Assembly: GCA_951406725.2 (NCBI GenBank)
Contig: OX597818.1
Span: forward strand, 139,376,001 to 139,440,000
Source: Octopus vulgaris
Lineage: Eukaryota
Length of the DNA: 64,000 nucleotides
Direction of reading: 5' to 3'
Numbering within the stretch: the stretch's first letter is position 1; every line of letters begins with the position of its first letter. Under the pieces are notes generated by a model that was not told the origin of the DNA, ran no database searches, and was given only the letters and a program-made list of their open reading frames with translations. Position numbers and translations under genes: made by a program. Shown here piece by piece: positions 40,097 to 53,702 of the stretch.

Positions 40097-41143
40097 TTAC
40101 TATAAATAATGTTTATGAGCAGATTTTTATTTATAGAAACGTGTAATATAAATTTCGAATACAGTTATTATCCAAGAGACAATCTTCATTAGATTTACAA
40201 TTACAGCGTTTTCTTATGCTGGCAGTCAATTTATATACGTATATAATTTTGGATGCATTAATTTGTCTGCTTGATATTTGTACCAAAGTCAACAGGGCTT
40301 ATTCGCCAGCACCTATATAATTAACATTCTTAATTTTTTTACGTTTACTCATCGGGTATTTATTATTTTCTCTCATCCGTCTTCAAGTTGTAGATCTGTT
40401 CCGTGTAGTATAAAAATGTATATTATTCCCATCCTTGAGTTGAAATAATCCTCTATAATTCCTTCTGACTTTAGCCATATTACAAGCCATATTATAATGT
40501 CTGCGAGATTAAGCAGGAGCTGGATATGACGGCTTAATTGTTTTTCTATTATATATCATAAGATACCTATGATGTGGATTGAAATTTCTTTCCAGTATTT
40601 CGAAAAAAAGAAAAACAAATTTGGGATGGGTATTTTAATTTAATTAGCGAAGTGCACATTATATCAGGAAATTTCGCGCTTCCTTCATGCTTTCCCTTCA
40701 ACTAATAACTGTATGCGTCCTAGATATAAATTTGATAGAAGTTAAGATCAACCCCACGGAAATGAACATCTCTAGAAAGCGAATCATTGTATGTTTATCG
40801 TCTCTTCGTATTCTATCCTGATTATAAGCGCTGTTATTTTCAGTGACGTGGGTACCATCAACTACGCTAGTGGTAATAATCATTGTGTAAGTTGTTCGAG
40901 CAATGGGATTTCAATTTGACCTTTTTCTAACCAGCTAATTTTTGGTATTCCAGCATTGTTAGTACTGAACGCTAGTTCATGTCTAGTGTTCTTAAAATTG
41001 GAAATACACTTCTGGCCTCTACAATTAAGAGCCTCAGTACTCTACATTATTTCTAAATATCATATCAGTAGGAGATAGGTTAGGGATCCTTATGGAAATA
41101 TATTAAACTAAACTATCTCTGACTGAATTAAGATGATTTGACA

Positions 41144-41219
<76 letters not shown>

Positions 41220-41861
41220 ATTGTTGGTCCTCGTTCGGCTTAATGTATGGGCAATATGAATTTGAGTCAAGGTCTGATATAGGATATAGGAAATTTACGT
41301 ATTTTAAACCTTTTTTTAAAGTGATGCATAAATTAAAATAACAGAATGGGATTTTCTAGGCCTTTCTAAAAAAAAAAGGGGATTAATTACATACAGTTAG
41401 GAGAACGTCACCCCCGTACATACCAACTTGCATCATAGGAAATAATTTGGAAAGTCCGTACAGCAAGTCAGATACCTGGGCCGAATCTAATTACCCCTGG
41501 TTATGTAAAACCCATTTTCCCTGTACGCTCAAGTTCAACAGTCACCGTGGAAACAAATTCGTGTCCTGACTGTCATAAACACGGTATAATGCTTGTTTCA
41601 TTCTTGCTAATAACCACAATTTTATTTCCGAAAATGAAAAATATATTTAAGAAAACTCGGGTGATAGAAACGAATAGTTGTTTACGTCAGATGGTAGAAA
41701 TGATAATTTACTTTTATTTTTCATATTCACGAAACAGATAACGACTTCTTTTGAAAATTTTATCAGGTATAGATGTATATAGTCTGTAACTGCAGGTATT
41801 ATGCTATCTAATATCGACTTGCTAATCCTATTTTATTTCAGCTTCAGCTGCGTCTACCAGC

Positions 41862-42446
41862 TTTATCTTTTATCTGTTACTTGTTTCAGCCATTAAACTG
41901 CGGCCATGCTGGGGAACCGCTTTCAAGAATTTCTTCGCTGAATGAATTGATCCCAGTACTTATTTTTTGTTAAGCCTGGTACTTATTCTATCGTTCTTTC
42001 TTTCCAAACTGCTAAGTTACAGGTACGTAAACGCACTAACACCTGTTGCCAAGGTATTATATATATATATTTTCTTTACTACCCACAAGGGGCTAAACAT
42101 AGAGGGGACAAAAAAGGACAGACAAAGGGATTAAGACGATTACATCAACCCCAGTGCAAAACTGGTACTTAATTTATCGACCCCGAAAGGATGAAAGGCA
42201 AAGTCGACCTCGGCGGAATTTGAACTCAGAACGTAACGACAGACGAAATACCGCTAAGCATTTCGCCCGGCGCGCTAACGTTTCTGCCAGCTCGCCGCTT
42301 ATATATCATATATATATACAACAGGCTTCTTTGAGTTTCCGTATAACAAATCGACTCATAGAAGGCACTTGCCCAAAAGGCCATGCAGTAGGATTGAACC
42401 AGGACCTATGTAGTTGGGAAGCAAGCTTCTTACCACACAGCCACGC
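41862..42446 (-). mobile_element. SINE family B with a full SINE A nested at 42070-42300
   Basis: B tail at 41862-42050 and B head at 42320-42446. The A copy sits in the internal TA tract. Confidence 0.85.
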
Positions 42447-43229
42447 TTTATGGAGTTTCTTTTTTTTCAAAATTGTCTAGTTTGTGGTCTTCCAAAATAA
42501 AGCAATGATATTTAAGCCTTAGAGGTTTAGTTCTATCAATTTCTAAAGTAGTAACTAAAGAATCTGCGTTAAAGTTGATGCCATTCATGCTATTCACGTT
42601 ATTCCTCCTTCTTATAATTCTTATTCAGTTCCTTTTGTGTAAACGTCATATATGTAATACGGCCATAGAGAGGCTCTTTCCAATTTTATCCGAAGGCTCA
42701 CGTAACTTCTCGGGTTTTCGTATTTTCTTAACGATCTCTAAACGTTTCCTTTGAAAATGATTTTGATGCTTCCGGAATTTTATGTTCTTGATGATTTTAA
42801 GAACAACCCTTTCAAAAGAATCCAAATGTTGGTTATGTGAAGATTTAAGAGTCTTGAAGCGGTATAAGTATCTATTCCTTTCCTTATCAGATGGGTTTCA
42901 ATTTATCCATTTCGAATACATGTATTTTCAGAATTAAGATGCATTCAAAATTTCAGGCATAATTTTTGCTTCCTAATGTATTGCAAATGTGATTCAAAAA
43001 GTTAATACACACACACACACACACACAAATGCACGCGCGCACTCGCACAAGCGTGCTTAATGCCATCAGGCAGATTCGATGGTGTAGGATTGTATTGCAG
43101 TAATTGTCCAGGTTCTCTACGCTATGGGTTCATATTCCACTTATGTCATCTTACATTCATTCTTCCGGTGTCAATAAACAGTCGTGTTCTTTCTTTCGTT
43201 TTCTGGGAAAATTTATTTCTGGTCCGACC

Positions 43230-43473
43230 TGGAGTAGAATGGGCTCCAGGTTACTGAGATGAAGGCTCACTGAGGCATTGATGGCCTATAGTACGGTTTG
43301 TCTTTTTTTTCTTCTTTTTTTTTCTTCCTTTTACGATCCCTTTTGATCGAAAACCTACGCCACCTTTTTTTTCTGTTACTTTTGTTTTTTTGTTTTTTTT
43401 CATCCCCCAAAAGAAAAGCTCTACCTTGTAACTTGTCCCATCTGTGTGCAGCCCTGTGTGGCCAATAAAGAAA
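43230..43473 (+). mobile_element. Probable LINE 3' UTR sharing the SINE A tail
   Basis: ttgtcccatctgtgtgcagccctgtgtggccaataaagaaa resembles the SINE A tail, but the upstream sequence is unrelated to SINE A. Confidence 0.55.
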
Positions 43474-43474
43474 C

Positions 43475-43532
<58 letters not shown>

Positions 43533-43533
<1 letters not shown>

Positions 43534-43690
43534 GGGAGAGTTTACGAAAAAAATGAAAGACGAAGACAGGTGGTGTTAAAAACAAATAGATGTATTAGTA
43601 TAACGCCCAGGAATAGAAAAAGTCTTTTACGTTTCGAACCTACGCTCTTCTACAGAAAGGGACACTGAAAAAAAACGAGAGAAAAGAGAG
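43533..43690 (-). mobile_element. Family H element with variant minimal hammerhead
   Basis: Minus 43659-43624: cttt-CTGTAGA-agagcgtaggttc-GAAACGTA-aaag. The 3' end abuts (TATC)n. Confidence 0.7.
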
Positions 43691-43815
43691 AAAAAAGGAG
43701 AGGAAAAATAGGAGAGAAAAAAAGGAGAGAAAATCTATCTATCTTTCTATCTAACAAACCATCACCTCTCCGTCTTCGTCTGTCTCTGTCTCCTGCCCGT
43801 CTCTCTCAGTATATA

Positions 43816-43866
<51 letters not shown>

Positions 43867-43971
43867 TAAATCCCCAAAGAAGAAGAACAAACGCAAAAAA
43901 AAAAAACAAACACGCGAGGATGTGGTACATGTAAAGTATTAGCGGACGCTCAGGGAAGGAAAGAAAGATGG

Positions 43972-44004
43972 TTTAACGTTTCGAGCAACGCTCTTCTTCA
44001 GAAA
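43972..44004 (-). ncRNA. Minimal hammerhead motif (family H-related, canonical core)
   Basis: Minus strand: ttt-CTGAAGA-agagc gtt gctc-GAAACGTT-aaa. Confidence 0.68.
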
Positions 44005-44285
44005 GAGAGTTAAGTCCAGTAGAAAGGAAGACGGGATAAGAAAATCGCCAACGATTCACATGTGGTTACATTTTATATACCGAGGTTATGGGAGGTACAG
44101 GTGTCTAGAAGACCCAAAGAGTGTCAGGTAATGCTATGGATAGACCGTGGTTATACACTTGGTTCGATAATGATACGAGTGAGGAGTTTAACGTGGATAT
44201 TGTATAAGCATGCATATATATATTAGACCGAATGAGATAACAAGTCCAAGGCTGAGAGGAATTTCAGGACATTTATAATGAAAAT

Positions 44286-44335
44286 AGTCTTACAGCAGTT
44301 TCTGGAATATTATGGATAGCCTCTCATCAGAGACT
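44286..44335 (-). ncRNA. Type I hammerhead motif
   Basis: Minus strand: agtct-CTGATGA-gaggctatccataatattcca-GAAAC-tgct-GTA-agact. Helix I is 5 bp and helix II is weakened. Confidence 0.7.
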
Positions 44336-44610
44336 GTGTGAGAAAATATTTGAGTTCAAATTATTGTGGAAAAGATAGGGAATATAGTGAGAAATCCAAG
44401 AATGAAAGTAGAAATAAGATCTATACAGATATTTGCAGTTCCATTATTCGAGGAAAATGGTGTATAAAAGTGGTAAAAAAGTTTCCTGTACACACACACA
44501 CACACACACACACAAACAGACAGACACACACACACAAACACACACATACATACACACATACATACAAATACATAAACACACACACATGTATTTATATATA
44601 TATATACAGA

Positions 44611-44975
44611 GAGGCGCAGGCGTTGCTCTGTGGTAAGAAGCCTGCTTCCCGACCGCATGTTTCCGGGTTCATTTCCACTTCGTGGCACCTTGCTCACGTG
44701 TTTTGTGAGTGAATTTGGTAGACGGAAACTGAAAGAAGCCCGTCGTATATACGTATATGTATGTCTCTATATTTTATGCGTGTGTGTGTCTTTGTGTCTG
44801 TGTTTGTCCTCCCACCTTCACCTAACAACCGATGTTGGTGTGTTTACGTTCCCGTAACTTAGCAGTTCGGCCAAAGAAACCGATTGAACAAGTACTACGC
44901 TTACAAAGAATAAGTCCTGGTGTGGATTGCTTCGACTAACATTCCTTTAAGGCGGTGCTCCAGCACGGCTGCAAT
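44611..44975 (+). mobile_element. SINE family B
   Basis: ggcgcaggcgttgctctgtggtaagaag head and aaggcggtgctccagcacggctgca tail. Confidence 0.85.
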
Positions 44976-45058
44976 CATCCATCCATCCATTTATCCATCC
45001 CTCCATCCATCCCCCCATCCATCCATCCATATATATATATATATATATATATATGTGT

Positions 45059-45120
<62 letters not shown>

Positions 45121-45310
45121 ATATGTTTATGTGTATTTGTGTGTATAATATTACACCGCTTGTTACACACTCCCACCCCACTTCTTAGAAACCTCCATAT
45201 ACCATCACTCAACTTTTCGTTACTTCTTTACCTTCTTGATATCCAAATGATATCCTCTAAGGATTTTACTAACTCCTGGATATGTTACGTATCTTGGAAT
45301 TTTCCTGGTG

Positions 45311-45401
45311 TATCTTCCTACGTACATAAGTATGTATGAATACCGCAAATATCACAAATCACGTGTTTTATCAAGTGATTTCCTTTCTATCATTCATTCA
45401 T

Positions 45402-45436
<35 letters not shown>

Positions 45437-45828
45437 GTTGTTTCTTTATTTTTGTTTGTTTACTGGTTTTTGTTTGTTACTTTGTCATTCTGTTCATATT
45501 TCTTTATTCATTCAACACGCCTCACTATCCCATTCCACTTCAAGCCCACTTCTCACACGTATATATACATGTCCCAAGGGTGAATAACAAACATACAGGG
45601 ACAGAAACCGACAAATATTTCTTGACATTTTGGTTTAATAACTGCTTCGGTACGTGTCCGGAACATGTATATATAATATTGTTTTCCAATAAGCCTCTTT
45701 CTGATAACATATATATCTAATTTTGATATTAGCTTGAATCTAACACATGCGCATATGGGCATATCTTCCTACGTACATAAGTATGTATGAATACCGCAAA
45801 TATCACAAATCACGTGTTTTATCAAGTG
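45311..45828 (+). repeat. Identical 67-bp direct repeat, 451 bp apart
   Basis: 45311-45377 is identical to 45762-45828. Confidence 0.92.
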
Positions 45829-45839
45829 CTTTTCTTGGA

Positions 45840-46066
45840 CATTGGACATTGTTGTAGAGCTGAAAAAGAAGTAATTTCTACTCTTCTCCTCTGGAAGCCA
45901 TCTACTCGCAATACCAGAGGGCGCACACTCTCCTACCCTGATGTAATCTCCAGGGATACAGGCATCCAGCAAAAGGACCTCCGTAATGCCATGATGGACC
46001 GTGAAGTCTGGCGTAGCATGGTAAATTACATTGTTTCGACCACGGTCGAACAATGATGATGATGAT
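45840..46066 (+). mobile_element. 5'-truncated RTE-like LINE 3' end
   Basis: GHCCRAEKEVISTLLLWKP...RGR...AMMDREVWRSMV, then a stop and a (TGA)n tail. Confidence 0.82.
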
Positions 46067-46894
46067 TAGGGAAAAACTTAGTCATGATAAAAACATTATT
46101 GATAATCGTCTATATTTTATTGTGTCTTTTGAATATATTTCATGTAAATGTTTTCAGGAACAAACATAAATTTATTCAGAAAGATATTCATATATTCAGA
46201 CAAGATTCAAGATGTTTGAGATTTTTACTTCATTGTAACCCTTCTAAATTCCAAGAAACAGAAAATTGAAATAATCAAGTATGTTTTCCATTTGCATCTG
46301 CATATTTCTGTCGTGAACTTTGCTCACAAAAACTTGAAATAACACTTCTTCAATCTTCTTACCTTAAGAAAATCCATGTAGCACTTAGCTTATGTATGTT
46401 ACTTTTACCTATAATAATATAATTATATAATACAATCCCGTCTTTTTTTCACTCTCTAGAATCAGTAAGATATCAGCATGTTGCACAATGATTCTTTTTC
46501 ATGATTTATTCAATATTCTTATGTTCATCGATAGTATATTGTGTACATTCTTTTCAATTCAATGTTTCCAAGTTCCAACTCTATTATGAGAATGTCAGTA
46601 TATATATCTTGGTCAATAATCAATATGTATATTGTATGTATGGAAGTATTTTTTGTATTATTCTACTTAGGATTAAAAAAGAAATAATTTTAAGATTCTT
46701 CTATCCTGATTTGTCGTATATATAAAAATATGTGTGTGCGTGTTTTATTGTTTAGTAACTCAATATTCGAGACAAAATTGTAATAAATTACTACTGTGAT
46801 ATTTTTTTTTCTGTTAGTGGCATACATTTTATCTTCTGTATATAACGTTAACCTCAGTTTTGTAAAGACATTTTTAAGATGCTAGTTTTTAATA

Positions 46895-47375
46895 CAAGTT
46901 TTAAATTTTGGAACAAGACCTGCAATTTTGGGGGAAGGATGATAGTCAATTACATCATCCTCAGTGCTCAACTGGTACCTATTTTATCGTCCCTGGAAGG
47001 ATGAAAGGCAAAGTCGACCTCGGTCGAATTTGAACTCAAAAGTTAAAAACGGACGAAAGACTACAAAGCATTTTGTCCAGCGTGCTAACGATTCTGACAG
47101 TTCGCCAACCTTAAATAGTCTTTGAATATAAAGAAAAAAAAAAGAATGGGAAAAACTATTTCGGGTAGCAGACTGGCAGAATGGTCAGCACGCCAGACGC
47201 AGTACTTAGCGAGCTTTCGTTCGTCTTTTCGTTTTGAGTTCAAATTCTGCCGAGATCGATTTTGCCTCTCACCCTCCGGCGCGTCGATAAAATAAGTATC
47301 AGTAAGCACTGAGGTCGATAAAATCGAATTATCCCCCTCCGAAATTACTGGCATTGTGCCCAAATTCGAAACCAG
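46895..47375. mobile_element. Head-to-head pair of older SINE A copies
   Basis: Minus copy 46895-47112 and plus copy 47165-47375. Confidence 0.78.
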
Positions 47376-48746
47376 CATTAAAACAACTTTGTGCCATCAT
47401 TGACACATTTAATCTAAGAAATGGGAAAGCTTATTTGCAATTTAACCTATAACTAACTGAAAATGAAAAAAAAGAACGCCCAAAACTTAGAGGTGTAATT
47501 AATATTTTACGAAAAGCATAGCGAATATAAATTTGCGGTATTATGAGTATTGCCATGTCTGTAAGTTTGAAACATATTATATGTTTATTTACATGTTTAT
47601 ATGTTATTTTAATTATTATTAAGTCAGTTTGAGACTGATATCTAAGTTGGAATCTATGTAAGATACGGGTAATGCTCTGCTGATAGACTCTAAAGTTGTA
47701 ATTATCAAACAAATGTTTCAATGATCTCAATAAAATATTATGGTACCGGGCAATTATTTCATATAAACATTAAATGTTTTCTATATAGAAAAAAGTGTTA
47801 GTAAATTTTTGGAGAAAAAAGTTTACAATAAGTTTTGACTTTTAATGGGGATATGATAATTAATGATTAATAATTTATTATTGTTAGTGTCGACCAAACT
47901 GCGTTATTATCTCTGGCTATTTACGTTCTTAGATTCAACCAGGGTCGATAAAATTAAGTATCATTCAAGTACTGGACTCAATATCATCAACTAAATTTTT
48001 CTTGGGTCAAACAGAACGAAATTTGTTCATGTGACCAAATTGAATTGGTTTCCTTCAAATATTACACTCTCAGTGTCATACAGAACTTGCTCCAGTGAAG
48101 GGTTCTTTTTAGAGACAGGTGGACTAATTTGCACATTGGTAGCATTTGTAGGATAACGATGGGGCTCATCCTACTGGGCAATAGGAAACCTACCAGACGA
48201 GAAATATTTAACATAGCAATTAAATGCCAACTTGACATAAAATAAACATTATTATTATACTGTTATAGAATAAATAACTCTTTGATGTTTTCATTTATCT
48301 GAGTGTTGATCTTATCGAGACACCATCTTCAAGAGCTATGTCAATCTCCAGGAGCTATGACCTTGAATGTTTCCAAGATAGTGTATGATAAGTGGTTGGT
48401 GCTAAAGCAGGTGTTAAAGATTCAAAGTATGTGACAGAACCATAGCTCTAGAAGACTGTTGTCATTGACCTAACCAAAACCATAGTGACCTAAGCAAATG
48501 AACAAAATTCCATTAACGCAATCTTTGGCATTGAAGTCGTCTTTTGTGATAAACAGTTGTACATTGAAAGTATTTGATGTGGTTGTCCATTTAGTCGTAG
48601 GAGAGATGAGTTGATAGGGGGGTATACATGAAAATAAAAAGACTAATTCATGCGTTGGGAAACATTTATTCTGTTGCAGAGCTGCCGTTGTTTGCAGTTT
48701 GCAGTTGTGTATTACTTATTTTAGATTTTTAGAATCTTTCAAATTG

Positions 48747-49242
48747 GGAAGCACTCCGTCGGTTACGACGATGAGGGTTCCGGTTGATCCGAATCAACGG
48801 AACAGCCTGCTCGTGAAATTAACGTGTAAGTGGCTGAGCACTCCACAGACACGTGTACCCTTAACGTAGTTCTCGGGGATATTCAGCGTGACACAGAGAG
48901 TGACAAGGCTGGCCCTTTGAAATACAGGTACAACAGAAACAGGAAGTAAGAGTGAGAGAAAGTTGTGGTGAAAGAGTACAGCAGGGATCATCACCATCCC
49001 CTGCCGGAGCCTCGTGGAGCTTTAGGTGTTTTCGCTCAATAAACACTCACAACGCCCGGTCTGAGAATCGAAATCGCGATCCTATGACCACGAGTCCGCT
49101 GCCCTAACCGCTGCCCTTAACTACGTTAAGGGTACACGTGTCTGTGGAGTGCTCAGCCACTTACACGTTAATTTCACGAGCAGGCTGTTCCGTTGATCGG
49201 ATCAACCGGAACCCTCGTCGTCGTAACCGACGGAGTGCTTCC
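48747..49242. mobile_element. SINE family C (-) fused to an inverted 3' fragment of the same family (+)
   Basis: 48747-49109 is the reverse complement of the 8429-8817 family. 49119-49242 is its last 124 bp on the plus strand. Confidence 0.92.
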
Positions 49243-50029
49243 ACACAGTCTAAAGTGGCCGGGAAGCTGGTCAATAAAATTTCTCCCAAAGTTATAACCA
49301 ACCCCTAATAGATGACCATACGACTCACAAGGTGGAATTTACACTCGTTAACTTGTTATTCCTCGAGTAGTATATGTAGCTGTGGATTGCTTCCAGGGTG
49401 CTGATTTGACAGCAAAGTTATACAGAAACTCGGTGTTCAAATTTTAGAATCTCTCGCTCGGTCGTGTTGGTAAAGGACAGGTAAAACCAATAAATTTAGT
49501 ATCTACATAAATGTTGTAGCTGCCAGCGTAGTTTTGAGAACAGCATTAGACACGATTAGACTGCTTATATGACGACACTTCGAATATTCATTTAAGGTTA
49601 AATCTTTCGTCTTTGTCAGACTAAGAGCAAGCACAAGGTTGTGGAATCATTTAACCTATAGCTGTGTGTCGACAGGCACTGGGCTATTTTCAAATGTCAC
49701 TGTATCTATGATCTTCTCTGGTAAGTTTAAACTGAGACCATAAGAGGGGCAGTCACTGTTTCACAGCAAGAGTTATTACCTATGACTTCTTGTTGGAAAT
49801 ATTTGCAGAGAATGACTTAGACACATATCTGTCTATATCGCATTGATTCTGGCTATTTAAGAAGATGAAGGCCAGAAGATGGCAAGCACACGGCTCGCTT
49901 CACTGACACAGAAAATGCATCAGAACCTCCATTTTGATACACATACACATACTTACACATACGAAGAAGCATACGCGCATATACACACACGCAGTCAAAC
50001 AGACATAAATATACCTTGCAACTCATATG

Positions 50030-50055
50030 TGTATATATATATGTGTATATATATA

Positions 50056-50107
<52 letters not shown>

Positions 50108-50160
50108 ATATTCATATATGTATGTACATACAAATATGAATATATATGATATATCATATG

Positions 50161-50214
<54 letters not shown>

Positions 50215-50244
50215 TATATATGTGGATATATATATATATGTATA

Positions 50245-50287
<43 letters not shown>

Positions 50288-50310
50288 GCACACATATATA
50301 TATATATGAT
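50030..50310. repeat. (TA)n-dominated microsatellite
   Basis: Direct reading. Confidence 0.95.
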
Positions 50311-50516
50311 CAATAATATCGCAAGCCATTGAAATATATTGGCATACATAATTTTCAGAATCCGGGGCTTTATTCAGCATTATTACAAACGCTCTGCTCG
50401 TTATCTTGTTATAAGGTCATCATCTAGCGCCATCTGGTGTCGTGATGTCGAGTGATTTTCATCGCTGTAATAGCTTTATTTCTACAATGTAATCTCATTG
50501 TGATTGATCACCTGCA

Positions 50517-50557
<41 letters not shown>

Positions 50558-51028
50558 ATATATATATATGTATGTATGTATATGTATGTATATGTGTGTG
50601 TATACATACAAATATATATATTTATATATAGACAAACATATACACCCCCACTTTTAAACTCATTCTGAGGTATATTCATATACATTCACACGAACACATA
50701 GACGGAGAGTATCACGCAAACATGTACACACACACATATATATTCGTAAATTTATGCATGTATGCACATGTAAATATCTCCATGTAATCACACATAGTCA
50801 TCCCTATGTATCTATGTTCGTTTGTATGTATGCATGTATGTATGTTTATATGTGTATATATATGTGTGCGGGTGTACATGTATTTATGAATACATGAATG
50901 TGCGCATGTTTCTATGTACGCATTTATCTATACGTGTATGCATGTATGGTCATATATATACATACATTTTCATTTTCTTTTCATTTTATCTAGTTTCAGC
51001 TCACGAGCTGTGGCCATGCTGGGGCACC

Positions 51029-51096
<68 letters not shown>

Positions 51097-51097
51097 C

Positions 51098-51180
<83 letters not shown>

Positions 51181-52572
51181 TGTATATATGTATGTGTTGT
51201 GCTTCTAAATATCATAAGTGGCCTTGGAGACGAATCTGGAAAGTTTCACTTCAAGAATTCATTTTTACGTAGAAGTCCAGTAGTTGTCCATAAATACAGG
51301 TTTCTTCTAGCGTACACTACCGAAGCTCTTCAAGAAGGGAAAGTCTAATACACCTTCTCATCTCTTCCATTGCAAGCTTTATGGACACTAAACAAAGAGT
51401 CGGAAAAGATGCAATTCAGCCAATCTACTTAAACTGCTACTACTTTATTCTAGAAAAACCTGAAAGTATGGAAAGCCAGGTCGAGTATGACAAGATTTGA
51501 ACCCAGAACTCCGATATCCAGAACGGTAACCTTGCTATCCCACGTATGTACATATGATTATTATTTACCATATTTAATGTTACACAGCACCAGCGATGGA
51601 TTAACTATTAAGAAAAATAAGTATGAACTTAGCGCATCGCGGGAAGCAGAGGGAGCACACATCACAGAATTTGCAAATGGTTTACGGCACAAAAGAAATC
51701 ATTTTCAACTTGTTAAAATAATATTCCAAGTGGTTTATATGAGCGAAAAAAAAACTTCAAAGTGTTCATGGTGTCACAGTGAGGATCTGATCTAAGACTT
51801 TGCAATTAAAAAATGAAGAAGAACATTTTTCAAATATAAATAAAGTGGAAATATATAAAAGTAAACATTATTCTCCATCTTGTTAGTTTTGTTTCATTTT
51901 GTAAAATAAATAAATATTTTAAGGTTTGTTATCGTTTATATTCTAAATTATATATATATATATATATATGTACGCACCAAAATCTTTTGAGTGTTTAGGA
52001 CATCTATGGTTCTTACTCGGGCCTTGAAAAAGACGCACGTTCCTCCCACCCCATAAAATATCACCCTGGATCCTATATGCAAAGTTGGGCCTCGCATAAA
52101 ATTCAGTACCCTAAAACCTTCCACCCACCCTGAATATGTATCTTTTATGACATCAAATAAGGTAAATCTAACTCTTGATGAGTTTGTTGTCTGTCATTTG
52201 ATTTTGTGTGTGGAAAATTAAAAGGACTTCTAAATAATTCATGACACTCACTATATAGAGCAGGGAAATATACCAAATTTAGTGCATACTTCGGTCAACC
52301 TTCATTACTTTGAATAGATTCTTCATCCAATGTTTAGCTGTCTTCAATTAGATTTGAGGTGTGTTGGCTCATGATTCACTGTGTAACAAAATGTTTAATT
52401 TTTGTTTTCTATAATCAATAAGTGTTAATTTCCTCTTTGTTTCTATTTAGAATTCAAAGGAAATCACAGCAATTCCCTTCAGACTTTGCTCTTTTGACCT
52501 GAACATCAATGTTTTGAACCTGACCTATTTTCCACTACATTTCAGAAAGATTCAGCGCTGAGATGCTAATCC

Positions 52573-52704
52573 AGAATTTTCTAGAACTTTCGAGAAGTTT
52601 CAAGAACTTTAGAGGTATTTCTAAAAGTTTCAAGAATTTCTAGAACGTTCTGACAACAGAGATGGCAGTATAAACACATATATCGTAAGCTGAACAGTTC
52701 AGTT
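52573..52704 (+). promoter_or_regulatory. Heat-shock-element array with TATA box and initiator-like motif
   Basis: Seven consecutive perfect alternating nGAAn/nTTCn pentamers (52573-52607) and further units to 52651, TATAAA at 52669-52674, TCAGTT at 52699-52704. Confidence 0.7.
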
Positions 52705-53385
52705 TACAGTATTGAGAGGGATTCTTCGTAACAATTCAAAGTTTGAAGGAAATATTAGCAACTTTTCATACGTTGTAAGGAAAGCAAAAAAGAAAAAACA
52801 GCTACTGTTTAACCAAGGACAAAATTCAGGTTAGACAGTGTTAGCTGCAGATTAACTCAATAACAAATAGCACGTCTAAGGCGTTGGTATTTAGACAATT
52901 TAGTACTACATAACCGAATGAATAGTTTGTGATTTGAAAGGAGTATTACTAGAGGCCTAGCAAGAAAGTCGACACGGAGATTGCTCCGGGACACAGGTGT
53001 AAAGGATGCAAATTTTCCCTGGCCATTCTTGTCCGTTAATTAGCTTTGGTGTGCCAAAACCATTATTGCTCCCGGGCCGTTGAGACTACCCGACCGTGTT
53101 TCACTGATATTTCTAGCCGTTTATAGTTATGTGCCTTGTCGATTGGCACTAAGCAGACACGGAAGATGAAGCGTGACATTTCAATACAGCAATTCACAGG
53201 CAAATGCTGATTACTATGTTTCATCTAAAAGTAGCCATAGAAGGACCACGTATATGTGCATACATATATATATACATATATATATACACACACAATCAAA
53301 CATATGTATGTACATATACATACATATGTATATATATGCATATATATGTACATATACATACATATATATACATATATACACATAT

Positions 53386-53442
<57 letters not shown>

Positions 53443-53479
53443 AATATAAATATATATAAGCATACATAAGTATATGATT

Positions 53480-53702
53480 GCCCACAAGGGGGCTAAACAT
53501 AGAGGGGACAAACACGGACAGACAAAGGGATCAAGTCGTTTACATCGACCCCAGTGCGTAACTGGTACTTAATTTATCGACCCCGAAAGGATGAAGCTGC
53601 AAAGTCGACCTCGGCGGAATTTGAACTCAGAACTGTAACGACAGACGAAATACGGCTACGCATTTTGCCCGGCGTGCTAACGTTTCTGCCACCTCGCCAC
53701 CT
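53480..53702 (-). mobile_element. SINE family A with 32-bp flanking direct repeat
   Basis: atataaatatatataagcatacataagtatat at 53444-53475 and 53711-53742. Confidence 0.9.

Noticed and set aside
40843-40886. Plus-strand ag|...|gtaagt mini-exon (DVGTINYASGNNHC)
   Set aside because: Isolated, with no partner exons or homology. It shows how easily such signals arise by chance.
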